Below are positions 30,037 through 37,301 of a stretch of DNA of 37,301 bases, piece after piece; positions within the stretch are counted from its first letter, which is position 1, and each line of letters opens with the position of its first letter. Location of the stretch: contig QPMI01000377.1 in the NCBI GenBank assembly GCA_004431415.1, positions 1-37,301 on the forward strand, read 5' to 3'. The notes below the pieces were generated by a model. The model had not been told where the DNA came from and did no database searches. It was given only the letters and a program-made list of their open reading frames with translations. The DNA is from Cyanophora paradoxa CCMP329 (Eukaryota; Plantae; Glaucophyta). The position numbers were made by a program, and so were the translations under genes.

Positions 30037-33000
30037 CTAGACGGCCGCGGCGAAGGCGGGGGTGTCGATGGAGGAGCGGGCGAAGCGGCTCGGGGTGGAG
30101 CGGGCGACGGTGGAGGTCTCCGAGCCCAGCAGCGCCTCCGCCTCCTCCGCCACCGCCCTGCCCCGCCCCGCCACGCCCCGCGCCAGGTCAGGTCAGCCAG
30201 CAGGCGGGGCGGGGAGCTCGCGGGCAGGCGGCGGGCGGGGCGGGGCGGACCGGCCGATGCAGTTGTCGGAGACGAGGGCGTCGTCGGGGTGCGTCACCGC
30301 CGTCAGCGGGCGCTGCCTGCGAATCCCCGACCCCGGCCCGGCTCGCCCGGGGCGGAGGAGGGGGAGGGGGGCGGGGCGGGGCCGGACCGGAGCTCGTCCG
30401 GGGAGTAGCCGAGGAGGTCGCAGAAGGCGGGGTCGGCGCTCTCGATGACCCCCGTGTGGCCCGCCCCGTCCAGCGACACCACCACCGAGCCCCGCTGCCC
30501 CCGCCCCGGCCCCGCCCGCCCGTGAGCTCCGCGCGAGGCCGCAGGGAGCGGGGGCCGGGGGGCGGGGGGCGGGCGCACGAGGTCGGGGCGCTCCGGGGGG
30601 TGCACGTGCGCCTCGAGCCGCTCCGGCCGCCCGTCCATTGAGCGCCGCACCATCCCCTCCACCTGCCCCGCCCCCCACCCCGCTCGCTCCGATCTCTCGC
30701 TCGGGCGATCGCGAGGCGTCGAGGAAGGCCGGGCGCCGCCGGGCCGGGCCGCGGCGCGCGCACCCAGACGCGGACGACGGAGCCGTCCTTGCGCACGTAC
30801 CGCTTCTGGTACCTGCGCGCGCCCCCCGGGCCCCGGTGAGACGGGACGAATTCGAAGGGGGCGGAGCCGGGCCGGGGCCGGGGCGCGCCGGCAGCAGTTG
30901 GAGCAGGCGACGCTCGAGGCGGTGGCGCGGACGTAGGGGCCGGCGCCCCCGGGCGGGCACCCGCACTCGCCGCCCTCTTCCTGCACCCCGCACTCGTCCA
31001 GGCAGATTGCCGTCACCTGCCGGCCCCTCAGCACGCGCCCCGCGCGAGCAGCTGCAGGCCGGGCGATGCGGACCTCGCGATCGGTGGCCATGGGGAGCCC
31101 CGCGTGGTGGCGATCGCCGAGGGTGGGGCGGGCGCCGGCCGTCAGCGAGACGAAGTCCGTCATCACGATCCGGTCCCGCGGCAGGTGGTCCACCGACCTG
31201 TCCGCCCCGCACGCCTTAGAACGGCTCGCAGCGGGCCGCGAGCCGGGCCGGGCCGGGGGGGGGGGGGGGGGCTCGCTCTCGCGATCGCGCACCGGTTGCG
31301 CAGCTTCTTGTCGCCGGCGCGCTCGCTCTGGCGGCCGCGGCCGGGGGCGGAGGGCGCCAGCGGGTTGCCCCGGAAGTAGACCCGCCCGAACCCGAACCTG
31401 CGCCGGCGTCAGAAGGAGGGCGCGAGAACGAGGGGGAAGGGGCGAGGGGCCGGGCTCCGCACCAGAAGAAGAAGTCACAGAGGACAACCGCTGCGCCCCG
31501 CGCGATTGCCGGTCAGCGGCGTAATTAAATTTCGAAACGAATCGCGGGGGCCCAAGGCGGGGCGGAGAGGGTGCCCGGCCCCAGCTGCAGGGGCCCTGGG
31601 GCGGGGCGGGGCGGGGCGGGGCGGGGGCGGACCGCCGATGAGGTTGCCGAGTGTGACGACCATGAAGTTGGAGAAGGCGTAGCCCCAGGAGACCTTTGCC
31701 CCGTACAGGATCGACGTCGGGATCAGGAACATGTTCGCCACGCTGCCCCCGATGCGTCGGCGGGGGCGGGGCAGCAACGTAAAGATTCGTGGGGGGCGCG
31801 ATCGCGGATCCGGATCCGGACCTGTGCTCGAAGCCCGAGTTGGCGAAGGTCTGCCGGCCGCGCGGGGCCCGGCGTGAGATCGTGGGGCGCAGGGGCCACG
31901 GGCGGGGCCGGGGCCGGGGGCGGACGAAGATGGGGAACCAGAGGCAGAACCACTTGCCGATGGCGTCCTCCGCCGACGTCGCCATGAACACCGCCATGCA
32001 CTGCCCCCCGCCCCCAGCCCCCGATCGCCGCTTCGATCTCCCGGAGCGGGCGGGCCCCGGGGGGGGGGGGGGGGGAGTTGGGGAAATTTAGATGGGGGCC
32101 GGGGGGGGGGGGGGGGAGGGGGAGGGGAGGAGATGAGGGGGTGGGAGGGTAGATGGGGGCCGGGGGGGCCGGAGGGGGGAGGGGTGGGGGTGGGGTGGGG
32201 TGGGGTGGGGGGGGGGGGGGGGGGGGGCGCACGACGAGGGTGTTGCACGCGATCGCCCGCACGAAGATCTGGTACCTGCCGCGAGCCTCAGAGGGGACCC
32301 GCGCCGCCTGCCGCGCCCGAGCTCGATCTCGAGTCCCGGGGGGCCGCGCACCAGTAGAGGGCGGCCCGGTTCTCGGCGATGCCGTGCACGAATTTGAGCC
32401 ACGGCTGCTCCGGATCCGGAGGTCAGCGAGGACCCCGGTCAGGATCAGCGAGGGTGCCGCCGTGCACGCGCGCGCGGCGCCGGCGCGACATTCGCACCTG
32501 GGCGGCAAAGAGGCCGCTGTGGTAGGCGAAGACGTAGGAGCAGAAGAGCGAGCCGCACAGGTTCCCCAGCCAGCTCTGCCCCGCATCGCCAGGCCCCCAT
32601 AGTCAGGGAGCCGCCGGCGGGGAAGGGGAGAGGCACAGGAGCCGCGAGCGCACGATGGTCCCTGCACGGCGCACGCGTGCGTCAGCGGGGCCGCGGCCGG
32701 CGGAGTGGGGGAGGGTGCGAGGGGGAGGCGAGGGCGGGGGGGCGGGCGCACAGTTCTTGAGGACGCCGCCGAGGGTCTTCCAGGAGCAGCGGTGCACCAG
32801 GTCCTGCAGGGCGTCCCCGCTCGCTTCCGGCCCTCGAGCTCGCGGCAGAGCTCGCGGCGCGGGAGATCTAGACGCGGGGCGGGGCGGGGCGGGGCTCATG
32901 ATCACCAGGACGTCCACCATCATGTTGCCGGTGAGGAGCTCCGCCCCCTGCGACGCGCGCATCGCCTCGCGATCAGCGGCCGTTGAGCGCAATATTAATG

Positions 33001-33809
33001 CGGGGACGCGCAGCGCCTGCGCCTGCGCCTGCGCCTGCCCGTACGCACCGACCAGGTCACCAGCATGATACCGACGGGGAAGACCGCGGCTGCGGGAGGC
33101 GATCATGATCATAATCAGGTGTCGCGAGGCCAGATTCCCCCCAAGCGCCCTGGCACCGAAGAGCATGCGGGGGATCGCGGGATCGACGCCATCGTCCTCC
33201 TGGGATGACTTGACCCAGAAGCCGCCACCCACCATGATCCTGCCGCGCGCGAAGCGATAAGCGCTTTGCTCCTACTTTAGCAGAGCGAGCTCTCTGGAAT
33301 CTCTGGAACTAAGCACAGGGGAGGCGCGGGCGCGGCGAATGCGCACGCGGACGTAGCGCCGAAGCCGATGTAGAGACCGGCGAGGAAGCCCTGCGTGAAG
33401 GTCCTGTGCCAGGGCAAATCATGGCACTTGGCGGCCCCTGTGCGTGGAAGACGTAAGGCGCAGCGTCGCAGATCAAATCATGTTCAAAGATCAAATCACG
33501 AGTGCGAACCCGCTTTCTGCCCGTGAAAAGCAGATCGTGTGGAAGCGCATGATTAGTCGGGCTTAGTTTAAAGGCTTAAGCATGATCGCGACTTGCGAGA
33601 AAGCAGCTATAGCACTGAAGGCGCATACGAACCTCGAGGGCTGCATATGTCTCGCCTGCGCGATCGTCCAGCGATCAGCAATACTTACAAAAACTTCACC
33701 GAGAGCTCTAGGTGTTGCCCCGCGCTTCTCGATTGACCGCGGGGAAGTTCCCCGCGGCCGCGCCGCCGTTGGGGATCAAAGTCGGCTCACCTGGTGTCTT
33801 AAAGCCCAT
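30037..33809 (-). CDS. Formate/nitrite transporter (FNT) family protein with C-terminal Cys-rich and PAS-like extension
   Basis: MGFKTPGETYAALEKAGAAK...FLAGLYIGFG...FPVGIMLV..SGAELLTGN...WGNLCGS...AIACNTLVCMAVFM...GK...WFPI.TFANSGFEHSVANMFLIP...VTLGNLIGA. Followed by YQKRYVRKDGSVVRVWV and ADPAFCDLLGYSPDELRQRPLTAVTHPDD. An in-frame TAA lies upstream of the ATG at 33809. No transit peptide. Confidence 0.9.
32055..32227 (+). repeat. Poly-G / G-quadruplex-prone tract inside an FNT intron
   Basis: Several G runs of more than 10 nt plus (GGGGT)n. Run lengths may be unreliable in the assembly. Confidence 0.6.
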
Positions 33810-34512
33810 CTCTTCTTAAGGCAATTGATCGTCTTCTCGTGCGACGCCGGCGCCTCTGAGCGCTCAGAGTTGCGGCTCAACTGGCCTTCGATCAGGGAGA
33901 GGCTGCCGCTACGCGCGCGGGGAACCACCAAACTTGACACTGCCCGATCCGTCAGCAGGGGAACGAGCAGGAGATGAGTTGCAGGCGCACCGAGGCCTGC
34001 AGCTGCAGACGGGCGCCTCGGAAGTCCGCGGGGCAGCTCCTTCTGGAGATTCGAAAAGCAGGGGCCGGCCGCGGGGCTCTTTCGTTGGGTTCTCCGCGCT
34101 CACAGGCTTGCTGGCCACCTTTTGAGCGTGGCGGGGACTTCGGGCGCGCGCGGACGCGGCTGTCGTCCAGGAGTCGAGGCAACCTTACTGGGACTTGACA
34201 CCTTACCTTCAGAAAAAAGCCTTTGTTGGGGGGGGGGGAGGGCGAAGGGGGTTCGAATTGCTGGGGGATACTGGTATACGTGCGACGTCGACAAGCTCCG
34301 ATATCGCGATATCGATCCACCGCGCGGCGCGCGCGGCCGGCCCGCGCGCGCCGGCTGATCTAGGCTCTACTACGTATACCGCTCTAGCGCTAGCGTTTAG
34401 ATCTAATCATGCGCAGCCGCGCGCTTAGCTATAGCAGCGTACTGGTACGTATACTCGAGCTGCTCAGCGGCTCGCGATCGTACGCGTGGCGCGCGCCGGC
34501 CGGCCCTAGGCC

Positions 34513-34672
34513 TGCACATGTATGCGCATGCATCATGAATATGATCACATGCGCATGCATGCATGCGCATGCACGTGCCACGGTGCGCATGCGGGCGCGC
34601 GGCCGGTGCGGCCGCGGCCGCATGCGCATGCGCATGTGTACATGTGCATATGCATATGCATGCATATGCGCA
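34513..34672. repeat. Alternating purine-pyrimidine, palindrome-rich tract
   Basis: 34619-34672 is a perfect 54-bp Y/R alternation (CGCATGCGCATGCGCATGTGTACATGTGCATATGCATATGCATGCATATGCGCA), with further alternating runs upstream. Confidence 0.8.
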
Positions 34673-34939
34673 GGCAGCAAGTTGGAAATTCGAAGTACTC
34701 TGTCGACGTCGGCATCTTGCCTCCCGATCAGGCCAACGCTCGAGAGCGACGAGGCTACCGTTAGTGACTAGATTTGTTTCCAGGAGGGGCGCCGGCGGGG
34801 CCTCCAGCCCCGTGTTCGCTATTCATCATGATAAGTCTTGAAGACAAGGCCACCCCCCGGCCCCCCACTGTACGAGGGATGGTCGGGGGCCTGCGCGAGC
34901 TATGATCTGGCGCTACGCGCCGACAAAATGTTACTGGGG

Positions 34940-35870
34940 TGGCTAATTGCCGCGGTCGGGGTGGGTGTCGTGGTCGTGGGGGCGTTGGGCGCCGGCTTCG
35001 CGGCTACTGGGCTGCGGGGGATCCGATCCGGAGCGTCGGGGGGCGCCGTGCCGAGGAGGGCGCGGGACCGTGGCCTTCAGGCCCTCCGGGTCGGACTCCG
35101 GCTGCGTCGCCGGGGCGGCCCCGGCGGCCGCGGGGTTGAAGGCCGCGCCGGCACCTGAGGGGGTGCCGCTGGGCGGCGCCCTGCCCTGGCCATGGGCCGC
35201 GCCTGTGCCGGGTGGGGGCCGGCAGTGGGCGGAGTCTTGGGCGAGGGCGGCGGCGGCGACGTAGGCAGCGACCTCCGTGCAGGGCCCCTCCCCCCCGGCC
35301 CCCTCCGCCGGCGCCGGCCCTCCGAGGGCCGAGGCGGAGGGGGGGGGGGGGGGGGGGGCGGTACGGGCGACGGCGGGCTGAGTGGTGACGGCTGCGCGGA
35401 GGCGGCGGCGGCCGCTGGGCTGATGGCCCAGTCACGGGGCGTAGGCCGGGGGACGGGGGCGAGGCCGGCGCCGCAGCCCGTGAGGCCCGCGGACTGGAGG
35501 CCGTACTCCGCCACGACGCCCAGGAGGGCGTTGGCGGACGCGGTGGGGGAGGCGGTGCGGCAGCGGGGGTGGCAGCGACGCCGGCGGCGGCGGCGGCGGC
35601 GGCGGCGACGCCCTCGTGGGGCGGGGCGGGGCCGGGAGCAGGGGAGGGCGGGGCGACGAAGGAGGGGGCGACGGCCTGGCCCACCCCCCCTGCAGTGAAG
35701 AGCGCCGGGCCGGCCGTGCCCTGGGCGTCGGCGGTCAGGCTGAATCCGAGGGGGCGGGCGTCCCGGGCGGCGCGGGGAGGTTGATGGGGGGCTGGAGGGC
35801 CTGGTTCGGCATTTCGGCGGGCAGGGGCGTCTTCCCCCCGGCCGGAGCTGCGGAGTCGGGGATAGGCTGC
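34940..35870 (-). other. Pro/Ala-rich low-complexity coding-like fragment (gene fragment or pseudogene)
   Basis: GC-rich stretch with protein-like reads in shifting frames (e.g. ANALLGVVAEYGLQSAGL, ATQPESDPEGLKATVP) but no clear start and no recognisable domain. Confidence 0.25.
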
Positions 35871-36040
35871 GCCGCGGGGAGAGGGGACGGGGCCAATAGA
35901 GTTGTCATATTAAGATAAGATAATTATAAATACATCATTGTACGCGTACACTGCAGCCGACCGCGATCGAGCACAATTCGCACACGCGAGCCCACAGCTA
36001 AATATAAAACAATATCTATATACAGCTAGAACCGTGCCCA

Positions 36041-36519
36041 TTAAGCGCAGAGGCCTTCCACCGCCAGGATATCATCGGACTCGGCGATCGCGAGGGCCTG
36101 CAGACAGTCAAAGGAGTGAGGAAGCACGCCGCGGGTGCCCAAGCGCGGGCCGGGCAGTGAGGCGCACCTCGGACTCAGCCTCCAGCTCGGCGTCGAGCTC
36201 CGCGGTGTCGATGTACGAGTCCTCAGCAGCGCTCACTTCCTGCTCTCGTCTCGATCAGTATGAGGAGGCCAGCAGCTTTCCATAGGCAACTTCTCTGGCC
36301 GCGCATGCGCACCTGGGCGGGCTCATCCAGGAGGAGGTTGATGCACTTCATCACGCCGTCCTTTTTGACATCGTACTTGATCGACTTGCCCTTCCGGTCC
36401 CTGCACTCGCCCTCCACCTCGGTGCCGGCGTCCTGCTTGCCTGGCCCGGCCATGTTGGTATTCTCATCGCAGTTCTTCGCCGTGTAGCAGCTGTAGTATT
36501 GGCCTGTTCGACCGAAAAT
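36041..36519 (-). CDS. Orphan spliced gene with acidic C-terminus (5' end unresolved)
   Basis: Three phase-0 exons (36519-36313, 36239-36168, 36097-36041) join via GT-AG introns into IFGRTGQYYSCYTAKNCDENTNMAGPGK...KYDVKKDGVMKCINLLLDEPAQ-EVSAAEDSYIDTAELDAELEAESE-ALAIAESDDILAVEGLCA*. Confidence 0.55.
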
Positions 36520-37301
36520 CTGTGAGAAACGCCTCCCCGCAGCGTCCACGAGACCACGCAGCTGCAGCCGCATGCGCAAGCCGCCCGCGGGCCGCGGCCG
36601 GCCGCGACCTATCCGATTCGCATCCTATCCGCGTGCGGCCGGCCAGCTGCAGGCCCTGGCGCATGCGCACCCATCGCAACTTTCAGCGCGTTGAGGTGCC
36701 ACGTGCACGTTCAAGGACCTTCCGGGAAGACCGTCTATTCCGAAGCTCTCCGAGCTATTCTCGCTGCAGCTGCTGTGAGCTGGCTGCTTCGGTACTGTTA
36801 TAATTACTACTGTACTGTTATATTACTTCGTAGTACAGAGTCACTACAGACCGTACGGTACAAGCTTAATTATAAGGAAATCTGGATCCTGGAGACTAGC
36901 AGCTGCAGCCTGCAGCCTGCAGAGGAGCCTCGGTCCTCGGAAAGCTTACTGCAGTAAGTCTTCAGCCTGGCACTGGCAGGCTGGCTGGCAGAGCCTGGCC
37001 GGAAAGCTATAACTTGATGATAAGCTTAAGCTTAAGTCACTGAGTCTTCAGGATCCGGAAACTCCAAGTTGGCTGCCGCGGGCCGCGGCCAGCAGCCCTA
37101 TGGCCAGGCCCGAGGGCCGGGCTGCCCGGGCAGTAGGATCGAGCCGGCTTCAGCTGCTGGCTACTAGTACTAGTGGCTAGCTTTATGATATATGTAGGGT
37201 CACTAATATGATTCACTATAGCTAATTTTATATATAATTATAAGGTCTTGATTATTGAGCCGACTCGAGCCGGCTCAAGCCGGCTTGTGGCTTCAAGGCT
37301 T

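Overview
GC-rich, intron-dense eukaryotic nuclear DNA. It is probably from a plastid-bearing alga: the Phe-containing plastid-type presequence and many 50-90 nt introns would fit a glaucophyte-like archaeplastid, but this is inference only. Genes traced by hand through introns: mitochondrial PDH E1-beta (partial), a Qc-SNARE/syntaxin, a large uncharacterised protein, a 12-TM-type class III nucleotidyl cyclase with inverted C2-C1 domain order, a mitochondrial-type PPR protein, uroporphyrinogen-III C-methyltransferase, a TM/coiled-coil/BTB protein, a formate-nitrite transporter fused to a PAS-like region, and an orphan gene. The main discovery is a 4.2-kb insertion in the cyclase gene. It is about 1.46 copies of a ~2.88-kb unit (1.32-kb direct repeats), and each repeat carries a type I hammerhead ribozyme fold. 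The unit also has a second covarying RNA motif and an orphan ORF, and the insertion is flanked by a ~335-bp duplication of host sequence. This looks like a retrozyme/Penelope-like or circular-RNA-derived element. A large share of traced introns use GC donors (GCCCGC/GCGCGC), and many have C-rich 5' and G-rich 3' halves. Several single-base frameshifts in homopolymer runs are probably sequencing errors, so exon boundaries are approximate.
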